64,000 nt of DNA, taken from Isurus oxyrinchus (taxonomy: Eukaryota). The position numbers and the translations under genes were made by a program. Positions 12,136 to 25,400 of the stretch are shown here, piece by piece. Under the pieces are notes generated by a model. The model was not told the origin of the DNA and made no database searches. It was given only the letters and a program-made list of their open reading frames with translations. Each line of letters opens with the position of its first letter. The stretch's first letter is position 1. Where the stretch lies: NCBI GenBank assembly GCA_026770705.1, contig JANJGN010000026.1, positions 36,084,001 through 36,148,000 on the forward strand, given 5' to 3'.

Positions 12136-14240
12136 GCACCCACATCCAAATTGGGTCTGATATAAATGAGTGTGTGTGTCTGTGTGTGTGTGTGTTTGCG
12201 TGTGTTTGCCTGTTTGTGTCAGTGCCTATTGATATGAGGGTAAATATTTTGTCTAATGCCTGATAACAGAGTCAAGCCCCATTGCAATATGAATAGGATG
12301 GAGTTAGCGTAATGACACTGACACGGTCAAGTGTAATTGCAGCAAATGCTGCAATTGCTCTGCAGGAAAGGCAGAATCTGAGGAGACAAACAGAATTAAT
12401 GGTTTACATCGATACCGTACATGGACTTGAAAACTCACTCTGTTTCTCTGGAAAGCTGTTCTGCACCAGATTGGAACATTTGGTAACAGTCCTGTTTCTG
12501 AGTTGTAAGACCTTGGTTCAAACTCCACTCCAGGATTTGTTGGCCATGGAAGGAGAGTTCGTGCGACTCCAAGCAGATTTTTAATACGCCTCCAGAATTC
12601 TCCTCCCTCTCCACATCTTTCTCCAAGAGCACGAAGGCAAAAAAAACAAACAGATTCTCCACGTTCTGAAAGCCTGTGGAGTTTTTCCAGTATCTTCTGT
12701 TTTTATTTTAGATTTCTAGCATCTGCAGCATCTTTTTACTAATGGAATTCGACCTCGGAGCAGATCGTGTGAGCATTGACAATTCTGTGGCACTCTCACC
12801 CCTCTCAGAAGGCTGAATGTTCAAGCCCCAGTCCAGAGACTCGACAGCATGTGTAGGCCAATGCTCACGGTGATAGTTTATATGCACGCCTTTCTGTCAA
12901 ATTATCCATTATTTTCTTACATCTCCATCCAGCGAAGGACGGCTTTCTGGGACATAATTGTTACTTTGATGATCCTGCCCTCTCCAGAAATACAAACAAC
13001 CTCTCCCTCCTTGGGTTAAGAAGGGAGATATGACTGCCGGGCCGGGGTCAGACTGGACTTTGGTATAATGATAATCACAGAGGCCGGCTCCGTCTATCAC
13101 TAACAGAGGCTGCGGGTAATCTTGCATAAAAGGATGCAGGAGCCTAATAAACATCTGATTGTAATCTAGAGGGAAAGTGTAAGGACGCTATGGTGTTCAT
13201 GGTCTTAGCGCAGGGTGCTGTGTTATGGTGAGTGACACAGGGATTTATGTGGTAAAAACGGAATGGAAACATGACAGAGGCCCGTGTGACTGAGTGCACC
13301 TGACCAAGAGCTGTTATACCCAAGGGGAGGACAATTATGGCGGACTCCACAGATTTCTGATATCTGAGAGGACAATGCTGCGTCTGTCAGAGGAACAGAA
13401 AATAATCTACTCCTTCCCATTCTTACCAACAGTTCTCCATTTACACAGACAGGCAAGGGCCGGACCCGGCAGTTTGTAGAAATCAATGTTTAAATCTTCA
13501 GCGTGAGGCACACGATGACTGAAAAGATTAAACACCAAAACCTCACCAGAAGAAAATTCAGAGCCACAAATGTCAAGGATAATCGTACTTTTTACTAAAT
13601 AAGTTCTATCCCGTGTTATTTTATTCAGCGTAGTGATTTGTAAATAGTAATGAACTTCTGAAGGATTCCTGGTAATTATCGATACACACACTCAAGTACT
13701 GTCAAATGACAGGATTAGCACACGACGAAAGTTGTACAATTATTGCATTTTATTCGGGTTCAATGAGGGACAGATCTGGATACAGAAAAGGCCCTAGGAC
13801 AATGCTATAGATGATCGATCCTGTTGGTCCCTTCCATACATTCCAACAAATTTTAAACTGTTCGAAGTTAAATCTAATTCATTTTACAAAGTTACTATTA
13901 AATCAGATTCCCTCACCCTTTCAAGCTGTGCATTCCAGTTCATAACAACTCGCCATGTAAAAAAAATAAACAATTATCCTTATGTCTTCCTCTTCAAAAA
14001 AGTAAATCTGTCTCTCCTGGTTACCGACCCTCCTTCCAGTTGAAATATTCTCTCTCTATTTACCCTATCAAAACTTCCACAATTTTGAGCACTCTTACTT
14101 GAAGACACACAGAGGGGAGGAGAGAGATATGCAGAGAGATAAACAGATAAAACTGAGCAAATGAGACTTAAAATGAAAAAGGGAGACAGAGTATTGCAGA
14201 GAAACAGAGGAAACAAGTTCCGAATGACAGTGTGCGCAGG

Positions 14241-14242
<2 letters not shown>

Positions 14243-14278
<36 letters not shown>

Positions 14279-14360
14279 GTGGCGGGTGATGGAGTGGTGG
14301 GGGTGGTGGTGTGTGGAGGGGCTGTGGGGGGTGGGGAGGGGGGAGTGGGGGGCGGGGCAT
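14243..14360. repeat. (GT)n microsatellite and G-rich tract
   Basis: Seen directly. Confidence 0.9.
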
Positions 14361-15444
14361 TGGAGAATGACAACGAAAATTGAAAGACAGCAAGATCTCA
14401 TTTCCCGGCTTCAGGGACCCGGGGGAGCTCAGTGACTGATCCACTGACCACCCAGTTATGTCCTGCAATAGAAGCTCTAAGCAGATCACAACAGGCTCAT
14501 TTGTAAATGTCACCACAATGTGATCTGTGTGACTCTGCCCTAACTCTGTGGCCAGATATAGGTCGCCTTGACAGATGTTCTCACCAGATTGTGGCCCCTG
14601 GATTTATTTTCTGCTCAGAAGTGAGATGTGCGGTTTGGAACCGGCAGCAGAAAAACAGGAAGTTGTGTTACCTGAGAATGAAACAGCCGGTGTCAGTTTC
14701 ATGTTATCACCATGAACAGTCTTCCTGCCTGTGAGGGTGAACTCACTCTGACAGCATCAAGAACAACCACACAGATTGCTGCCGGTCTCGGTATTACATT
14801 CACATCCATTCCCAATTTAAAGAATTAAATAAATGAGGTTATTTTGGTTATAACATATTAAATGAAGGCGAGATGGACTGAAGGTTATCACCGGGAGAAA
14901 AGAGGGGAAATTGAAACAGTAATATCGCCCACAAGGGTTATTCTAAAATGGAAAGTTTTACGAGGCTTTTGTGCTGTTTGAGAGAAAGAGAAGAGAGAGG
15001 TTAAGTGAGTGAGCTGGTGTCTTTATGAAACTGAATTTTCCCCTGTTGAGGTTTTGGCGCTTAATCTTTTCAGTGATAATGTGCCTCAAGCAAAAGATTT
15101 AAACATTGGTTCCTCGGAACTGCCAGATCCGGCCCTTGTGAGTCTGTGTAAGTAAGTGGAGTGAAGCCTGGGAGAGAGAAGAGAGGTTAACTGATTTTGG
15201 TGTATTCTGAGACAGAGGAGGAAAGGATGAAGTTCAGTGAGTCATTTGAAAGATGTGTTTGCCTTGACAACGGAATGGCCAGCTTCGCATTACTTCCCAG
15301 AGCACGCAAGACAATGCATTATGGATAAATATTTACGGCAACATAGGCAGCATATAGATATGTTCTCAATAAACTATCGTGACGTGCTGATAAATAATTA
15401 TAATGTCTTTTGCAAGCAATTAAATATGATATGTTCCAGGCGCA

Positions 15445-15490
15445 CTCGCATACACACACACAGGCACGCAGACACACAGACACACATGCA

Positions 15491-15526
<36 letters not shown>

Positions 15527-15595
15527 CACACACAAGCACAGACGCACACATACTTACACAGACACATGCACACACACTCACACCTTTCACACACA
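15445..15595. repeat. (CA)n microsatellite
   Basis: Seen directly. Confidence 0.9.
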
Positions 15596-16214
15596 GAAGC
15601 ATTAGTTATTAGGAGCCTGCGGCCGCCTATTCGTCTGAGGACGCGATTTCAGACCCAGTCTCTCACAATCAGTGGACACGCCAAAAGCAAACAGAAATTC
15701 CTATTGGAAAAGTGGAAAAAAAACCTGGAAATTAAAGAAAACTGTGAGCAATTGCCACTGATCAACTCAGGTATGGGTGAGTCATCCCGAAGACATTTCT
15801 GCTCGTGACTAAGTTGTGCAATGTGCAGTGCAATGTGGTTCACCTTTATTTCTGTTAATCAGTCTGATTAAGAAAATGTTACAAGATTCACCCCAATTTT
15901 TCAACACAAACATTACACACATTACACCAGAGCAATTAGAAATTGCACCCAACGGCTAATAGTTATTAACAAGACTAAACGTATTCTCCCAACCCCTTTT
16001 TACCTGCGGTATATTCTAACATTTTAAAAATTAACATCCGTCTATCCACCTCACTTTCTCGCTAGCTCTGTCTAGTTAGTAGAAACCTTTCATAATGCAG
16101 TAATAACTGAGACTCGGTCTAGTTTATTAATAAATGGGATAGGACATTTATAATATAAAGTGAGACAGAGGAGAGCACAGTAATTAATGAAGCAGCCTAA
16201 TACAGTAATATCAA

Positions 16215-17360
16215 AGAATCACAGAACTTTAACACCACAGAAGGAGGCCATTCGGCCCATCTTGTCTGCACCGGCTGTCCAAATGAGCACTCTGACCTTA
16301 TGCAATTGCTCTGAATTTTCCCCGTACCCTTGCACTTTGTTTTATTCAAATAATCATTTAATTCCCTCTTGAATGCCTCGATTGAACCTGTCTCCCTCAC
16401 ACTTCCAGGCAGTGTATTTCAGACCCGAACCACTCGTTGGGTGATTTTTTTTTTTTCACGTCACATCTGCTTCTTTTGCAAATCACTTTAAATCTGTGAC
16501 CTCTCGTTTTTGGTCATTTTACGAGTGGGAACAGCTTCTTCCTCTCTACTCTGTCCAGCCCACACATGATTTTGAAAACTTCAATCAAATCTCCTCTCAG
16601 CCTTTTCCTCCCCATGGAAAACAGCCCCAACCTCTTCAATCTATCCTCATAGCTGAAGTTTCTCATCCCTGGGAACATTCTTGTAAACCTCTTCAGCACT
16701 CTCTCCAACATATTTCCATCCTTCCTATAATATGGTACCCAGGACGGTACACAATATTCTAGCCGAGGTCTAATGAGGACCTTTTATAAATTCAGCATAA
16801 CCTCCCTGATCTTGTACTCTATGCCCCTATTAATAGAGCCCAGGATACTAGATGTTGAATTAACTGCTCCCTCCACCTGTCCTGCCACTTTCAATGATTT
16901 GTGCACAAATATGCCTAAGTCTTCCCGCTCATGCACTCCTTTCAAAATTGCACCCCTTATTTTATATTATCAATCGATGTTCTTTCAACCAAAATGTTCT
17001 TTCACCCCACACTTCACATCAAACTTCATCTGTCACCTATCTGCCCACTCCAACAAATTGTCTGTATCCTTTTGAAGTTCCACACCGTTCTCGCAGTTTA
17101 CAACACTCCCAAGCTTCCTAACATCCTCAAACTTTCAAATTGTCCCTTGCACACCAAGGTCTAAATCATTAATATACATCAGGAAAAGCAAGGGTCCCAA
17201 TAACGATCCCTGGGGAACTCCACTACAAATGTTCCTCCAGCCCGAAAGACATTCATTGACCATTACCCCCTGCTTCCTTTTTTTCAGCCAATTTTATGTC
17301 CACGTTGCCACTATCCCTTTTATTCCATGAGCAATAACTTTTCTCACAAGTTGGTTGTCA
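16215..17360 (-). mobile_element. CR1-type LINE 3' part
   Basis: LERVLKRFTRMFPGMRNFSYEDRLKRLGLFSMGRKRLRGDLIEVFKIM. GVPQGSLLGP motif near 17200. CR1 3' tail present. Confidence 0.9.
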
Positions 17361-17479
17361 GGTGAATCCTAATAAAATACAAATGGGGACTTTGTGCAAT
17401 GCAACAGCAGCTCAGAAATTGTCACTTGCAGTATATATAAAGGCACGGCTATGTGCATTAATAAATGAAGCATCATATA

Positions 17480-17650
17480 AGACCCCCCCCCCCCGCACCA
17501 ACCTTAAACCAGCTTATATTTCACCCCTCTCCTATTTTTACTTAGTTCTGTTGAAGGGTCATGAGGACTCGAAACGGCAACTTTGTTCTTCTCTGCCGAT
17601 GCTGCCAGACCTGCTGAGTTTTTCCAGGTATTTCTGTTTTTATTTTAGTG
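17480..17650 (+). mobile_element. Penelope-like element terminal fragment
   Basis: Same sequence as 26530-26680. Confidence 0.75.
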
Positions 17651-18129
17651 CTAATTGGTACAAAGTCTAATATTATAAACAGCAGCAGGGTCAGGTGTAG
17701 TGATAACTGGGAAAGGACCAATTGCAACACAAATAGAGATATGGAGGACGGCAGTAATAAATAAGGAAGGGCCCATTGTACTATTAATAATGACGGTCTC
17801 TAGTGCAACAGTAACTTAAGCAAAGCATAGTTTAGCATTTACAGTTACAAATGAGGGTGTGAAATACATTGAACCAGGTCTGTATAGGAATTATTAAAAC
17901 AGGGCCTTGATTGACATAAACTGAGGTAGGGTCTAGCGCAGTGATTACTGAAACAGGGCATGGTTTATTAACAACTGCGACAGGGCCTAGTGCAATGATA
18001 ATTGATACAGGGCTTGGATTGATGTAAACTGAGACAGGGCCCAGTGAAGTGATTACTTTCACAGGGCCGAGATTAATATCAACTGAGCAGGGACCAATAC
18101 AATGATTACTGATACAGGGTCTAAATTGA

Positions 18130-19420
18130 TGTAAAAGCAGAAAATGCTGGAAAACCACCACTAAATTCACTCAGCTCCTTCACCTGCTTCGTACCTGTTC
18201 TAATGAGGCCAAAACGATGCTTCTGACATGCCTTCCTACTTCCTTAAACAAGCTTCCCACCCACTGTGGTTGACAGGGCCCTCAACTGTGTCTGACCTAT
18301 CTCCCACGTCTCTGCTTTCACACATTCCTCTCTCTCACAGAATCATAATAGGGTCCCACTTGTTCTCTCGTTTCACCTCACCAGCCTCTGCATTCAAAGG
18401 ATCATCCTCCGCCATTTCTGCTAACTCCAGCATGGTGCCATCATCAATCACATCTTCCCCTCACCACCACACCCCTCACCACCACACCACCACCCACACC
18501 CCCGTAGGGGCCATTCCCTCTGGGACAGTCTGGTCCAGTCCTCCAACACCTCCAGCACCTCATCCCCTTCCCAAGGCATTTGCCCAAGCAATAAGAGAAG
18601 ATGCAACACTTGCCCATTTACCTCCTCCTTCCTGACTATCCAAGGGCCAAATATTCCTTGCAGGTGAAGAACCAATTCATTGCACCTCCTTCAATTTGGC
18701 CTCCTGCATTTGCTACTCCCAATGCGTTCTCCACTTCATCGGGGAGACCATACGCAGACTGGCAGATGGCTTTATGGAATACCTTCGGTCTGTCTGCAAG
18801 TATGACCTAGACCTTCCTGTCGCTTGCAATTTCAACACACCATCCTGCTCTCATACCCATATGTTCCTCTTTGACCTGCTGCAATGTTCCAGTGAAGCCC
18901 AATGCAAACTGGAGGAACAACACCTCATCTTCTGATTATGCACTTTACAGCCTTACTCATTTATTCATCCTTTTATCCCTTTTTTAATCCCCATTTCTAT
19001 TCCTTTTTGTACGGTTTTTCCCCAACCACCGCCTCGTTTCCCTACCACACCCCTAAAGGTGCCATCATTACTTGTTCCCTGTTGTTATTTCTCAGTGTGC
19101 TGATTCTGGTTCTGCTATTAACACATTCTGATTTCTTACCTTTATGATTCTATCAGCACCTACTTTAATCTTACCACTACCAGTGACACTCCCTTTTTCT
19201 TTTTCCCATGATATTTATCAGTCTCACCTTACCCCCACCTATTGCTTGCCTTCTATCCAGACTCACCTGCTCTACTGCGCTTAAACAACAAATGTCATCG
19301 CACTTTGAATTCTATTTCACTCTGAAGAAGAGTCAGATGGTCTCAAAAAGTTAGCTCTGCTTCTCTCACCACAGGTGAGATTTTCCAGCATTTCTTGCTT
19401 TTCTTTCAGATTTCCAGTGA
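18130..19420 (+). mobile_element. Penelope-like element with decayed GIY-YIG endonuclease
   Basis: CICYSQCVLHFIGETIRRLADGFMEYLRSV...VACNFN...KLEEQHLIF. Inverted ends gcagaaaatgctggaaaa / ttttccagcatttcttgc. Confidence 0.8.
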
Positions 19421-22400
19421 CTGCTGATACAGGGGTCTAGACTGAAACAAATTGAAGCAGGGCATACTGCAGAGATGACTGATACAGGGCCGAGATTAAT
19501 CTAAATTGAGACAGGGCCTAGTGCAGTGATTGCTGCAGGTCTAGCTGAATATAAGCTGAGACACAGCCTAGTGCATTCATGACAGACTCAGGACTTACAT
19601 TAATATAAACTGTGACAGGGCATGGTGCTGTGATTATTGATACAGGTTCAAGATCAGTATATACTGAGACAGTGCCCTTTACAGTGATAACTTTAAAAAG
19701 GGTCTTGATCAATATAACCTGAGTCAGTGCCCTTTGCAGTGATTACTGATACAGGGTATAGCTCAATGTAACTGACACATGGTCTAGTTCAGTGTTTACT
19801 GATGCATGGTCTCAATCAATATAAACTCAGGCAATGCCCAGTGCACTGATTACTGATTTAGGGCCGAGGTAAATATAAAATGAGACCGAGTCTAGTGCAG
19901 TGATTACGGATACAGGGTCCAGATCAATATAAACTGAGACAAGGTCTAGCACAGTCATTACTGATACAGGGTCTAGATTAATATAAACTGAGAGAGGGCC
20001 TAGTACAGTGATTAGTGAAAGATGGTCTGGACTAATATAAACTGAGGCAAGCCAGAGTGCAATGATAACTGATACAGGATTTAGAGCCTGCATCAGTAAT
20101 TACTGCACCAGGCCCTGTCGCAGTTTATATCATTCAAGATCCCATGTCAGTAATCACTACACTGAACACTGCCTCAGTTTATATTTACCTAGAGCCTGTA
20201 CCAGTAATCTCTGCACTGGACACGTTCTCAGTTTATATTAATCAAGACCCTGTATCAGTAATCAATGCAATAGATGCTGTCTCAATTGATATTGATCTAG
20301 ACCTGTATAAGTAATCATTGCTCTTGACCCTGTCTCAGTTTACATTAATCTTGGCCCCATATCAGTTATCTCTGCACTAGACTCTGTCCCACTTTATATT
20401 AGCTTAGCCCCTCAATCGGTAATCACTGCACTAGTTCCAGTCTGAGTTTATGCTAATCTAGTCCCTCCAGCAGTAATCACTGCAAGAGCTTCTGTCCCAG
20501 TTATATTTATCTAGGCCCTGTATCAGTGAACATTTCACCAGGGCATGTCTCAGTTTTTGTTGGTTCAGAAGCTGTTTCAGTAATCACTGCACTCAACCCT
20601 GTTACAGGATCTAGATTAATATAGAGTGAGACAGGATCTAGTGCTGTGTTTACTGATACATGGTCTCAATCAATATAAACTCAGACAATGTCCAGCGCCG
20701 TGATTATAGATACAAAGCTGAGATAAATATAAACTGAGACAGGGCCTACTGCCATGATTACTGACACAGAGCCTAGATTAATATAAACAGAGAGAGGCTC
20801 ATTTGCGGTGATTACTGATTTAGGGTTGAAATTGATATAAAATGATGCAGGGTCTAGTGCAGTGATTATTGATATAGGGTCTAAATTGATATAAAATTGT
20901 GCAGTGATTCCTGATAAAGGGTTGAAATTAATATGAACATGAGACAAGGCCAAGTGCAATGATTATTGTTACAGGGTCTAGATTGATATAAACTGAGACA
21001 GGGCCTAGTGCTGTGATTTGTGATGCAGGGTTGGATTGATATTAAATGAGACAGGGTCTTGTGCAGTTAATACTGACACAGGCTCTGAAATAATATAACC
21101 TGAGACAGGGCCATTGTCATGATTCGTGATGCAGGTTTGAGGTTAATATGAACTTAGAGAGGGCCTAGTGCAGTGATTACTGATAGAGGGACTAGATTGA
21201 TATAAATTGGGCAGGGCATAATGCAGTGATTACTGATACAGGCTTTAGATTAATATAAACTGAGAAATAGTCCAGTGCCATGCTTTTTGGTTCGGGGTGC
21301 AAATTGTTATAACCAGAACAGAGTCGAGTGCAGTGAATACTGAAACAGCTTCTGAACCAACAAAAACTGAGACATGCCCTGGTGAAATGTTCAGTGATAC
21401 AGGGCCTAGATAAATATAACTGGGACAGAAGCTCTTGCAGTGATTACTGCTGCAGGGACTAAATTAATATAAACTCAGACTGGACCTAGTGCAGTGATTA
21501 CTGATTGAGGGGCTAAGCTAATATAAAGTGGGACAGAGTCTAGTGCAGAGATAACTGATATGGGGCCAAGATTAATGTAAACTGAGACAGGGTCAAGAGC
21601 AATGATTACTTATACAGGCCTAGATCAATATCAATTGAGACAGCATCTATTGCATTGATTACTGATATAGGGTCTTGATTAATATAAACTGAGACTGTGT
21701 CCAGTGCAGAGATTACTGATACAGGCTTTAGGTAAATATAAACTGAGGCAGTGTCCAGTGTAGTGATTACTGACATGGGATCTTGATTGATATAAACTGC
21801 GACAGGGCCTGGTGCAGTAATTACTGATGCAGGCTCTAAATGAATATAAACTAAGGCAGAGTCTAGTGCAGTAATTACTGACAGTGGGCCTATTTCATAT
21901 CAACTGAGGCAGGGCCTAGTGCGGTGATTACTGATACAGTGCCTAGATTGATAAAAGCTGAGGAAGGGCAAAATAAAATATAAATTGATACTGAAAAAGG
22001 TCTAGATCAGTGTCAACTTAGACAGTGTCTAGTGCAATGACTACTGACACAGGATCTAGATGAATATAAACTGTGACAGGGTCTAGTGCATTGATTCCTG
22101 ATAGAGGGCCTAGGTTGATATAAAGTGAGGCTGGGCCTAGTGCAGTGATCACTGATACTGGATCTAGTCTAATATAAACTAGGGCAGGGGCTAGTGCAGT
22201 AAATAGTGATACAGGGTCTAGAATAATAAAACTTGTTGCAGGGCGAAGTCCAGTGAGTACTGTTACGGAGTCTGGGTTGATGTAAACTGAGACAGGGCCA
22301 TGTGTCGTGATTACTGATATAGGGTTTAGATTAATAGAAACAGATGCAGGATCTAGTGCAGTGATTACTGACAAAGGGTCCTGATTAATATAAACTGAGA

Positions 22401-25400
22401 CAGGGTCTATTGCAGTGATTACTCATAAAGGGCCTAGGTTAATATGAAATGAGACAGGTCATAGTACAGTGATGACTGATACAGGGTCTAGGCTAATATA
22501 AACTGGGATAGGGCCAAGTGGAGTGATTACTGATACAGGGTCTAGATCAATGTAAACTGGGATAGGGGCTAGTGCAGTGATTACTGATACAGGGTCTGGG
22601 CTCCTATAAACTGAGGCATTCCCTAGTTCTGTCATTATTGATACAGGGTAAGGGCTAATATAAATGGAGACAGGGTCTAGTGAAGTGATTACTCATAAAG
22701 GGCCTGGATTAATATGGATGAGACAGGTCATAGCGCAGTGATTACTGATACAGGGTCTAGGGTAATATAAACTGAGACAGGGTCTAGTGCAGTGATTACT
22801 GATGAAGGGTCTAGATCAATATAAGCTGAGAGAGAGTCTAGTGCAGTGGTTACTGATACAGGGTCTAGATTGATATAAAATGAGGCAGGCCATCATGCAG
22901 TGTCTACTGATACAGGGCCTAGATAAATAAAAACTAGTGCTTACTGATACAGGATCTAGATCAATACTAAGTGAGAGTGTCCATTGCACTGATTATTATT
23001 CAGGGACTAGATTAATACAAACTGAGATAGGGTCTAGTGCAGTGATTCCTGATGCAGGGTCTGAATCAATATAAACTGAGACAGGTCCAAATGCAGTGAG
23101 TACTGTTACAGGGTCTCGGTTGATATTCAGTGATGCAGGGCATAATGCAGTGAATACTGATACAGGGTCTAGCAAAATATAATCTGAGACAGGCTCTAGT
23201 GCAGTGATTACTGTTACGGGGTCCACATTAATATAAGCTGAGACAGTGTCCAGTGTAGTCATTACTAATAAAGGGTCTAGATTGATAGAAAATGAGCCAG
23301 GGACGAGTGCAGTGTTTACTGAGCATGGTGTTGATCAGTATAAACTCAGATAATGTCCAGTGCAGTCTTTACTGATATAGCGCTGAGATAAATATAAACT
23401 GAGACTGGGCCTACTGCAGTGATTACTGATACAGGGTCTAGATTAATATAAGCTGACACAGGATCTAGTGCAGTGATTACTGATACAGTACCTGGACAAA
23501 TATAATCTGAGACATCATCTAGTTCTGTCATTACTGATACAGGGTCTGGACTAATATAAACTGACACTGTGTCCAATGCATTGAATACTGATACGGGACA
23601 TGGATTGATATGAACTGAGTGCAGATATTACTGATACAAGGCCTAGATAAATATAAACTAGGACACAGGCTGGGGCAGTGATAACTGATACAGGGTCTAG
23701 ATACATGTTAACTGAGATAGGGCCAAGTGTAGTGATTACTGATACAAGGCCTAGTTTAATATAAACTGAGACAGGGCCTGGTGCAGTGTTCACTGATACA
23801 GGGCCTAGATAAATAAAAATGAGGACAGCAGCTATTGCAGTGATTACTGACACAGAGCCCAGATCAATACAAAGTGAGAGTGCCTGTTGCACTGATTATT
23901 AAACATGGTCTAGATTAATATAAACTGAAATTGTGTCTAGTGCAGTGATTTCTGATGCAGGGCCAGTATCAATATAAACTGAGAAAGTGTTCAGTGCAGT
24001 GATTGCTGATAAAGGGTCTAGATTAATATAAACTGAGACAGGGCCAAATATCAGTGATTACTGTTACAGGATCTAGGTTGACACGAAGTGGGGCAGGGGA
24101 TAGTGCAGAGGTAACTGATACAGGGTCTAGAACAATATAAACTGAGACTGGGTCTAGTGCACTAATTAATGTTACAGGGTCCTAATTCATATATACTGAG
24201 TCAGCACATACTGCAGTGATTACTGATATAGGCACCAGATTAAGATGAACTCAGGCAGGGCCTTCTGCAGTGATTAGTGATACAAGGTTGGATTTATATA
24301 AAATCAGACAGGCTGTATTGCAATCATTACTGATACAGGGTCTGGATCGATATAAACCAAGACAGTGACCAGTACAGTGTTCCTATACAGGGTCTAGACT
24401 AATATCAACTGATACAGAGCCTAGTGCAGTGATTACTGATACAGAGTCTAGACTGATAAAAACTGAGGCAGGGCATAATGCAGAGATTAATGATACAGGG
24501 TCTAGATTAACATAAACTGACACAGAGCCCAGTGCAGTGATAACTAATGCAGGGCGAAAATAAATATAAACTAGGACAGAAGCTAGTGCAATGATTAATG
24601 ATACAGGATCCGGATCAATATAAACTGAGATGGTGCCCAATGCAGTCATTATTAATACAGGGTCTAGATTAATAGAAACTGAGGCAGGGTCGGGTGCTGT
24701 GTTTACTGATACATGCTCTTTATCAATTGAAACTCAGACAGTGTCCAGTGCAGTGCTTACTGATACAGGGCTGAGAGAAAAATAAACTGGGACAGAGCAT
24801 AGTGCAGAGATAACTGACATGTGGTCTAGAAGAATATAAACTGAGACAGGGCTTTGTGTACTGATTAGTGTTACAGGGTCCAGATTAATACAAACTGAGA
24901 CAGGGCCTAATGCAATGATTACTGATACAGGGTCTAGGTTAATTTAAACTCAGACAATGTCCAGTGCAATGTTTACTGATACAGGGCTGAGATAAATACA
25001 AACTGAGACTGGGCCTACTGCAATGATAACTGATACAGGGTCAAGATTAATATAAACTGAGACAGGGTCGAGTGCAGTGATTACTGATACAGTATCTGTA
25101 CTAATATAAACTGAGACAGTGTCCAATGCGTTGATTACTGACACAGGATCTGGATTGATATGGACTGAGTGCAGATACTACTGATACAGGGCCGAGATAA
25201 ATATAAACTAGGACAGGAGCTAGTGCAGCTATTACTGATACAGGGTCTCGATCAATATAAACTGAGACAGTGTCCATTGCAGTGATTACTGATGCAGTGT
25301 CTGAATCAATATAAACTGAGACAGTACAAAAACAGAATTACCTGGAAAAACTCAGCAGGTCTCGCAGCATCGGCAGAGAAGAAAAGAGTTGACGTTTCGA

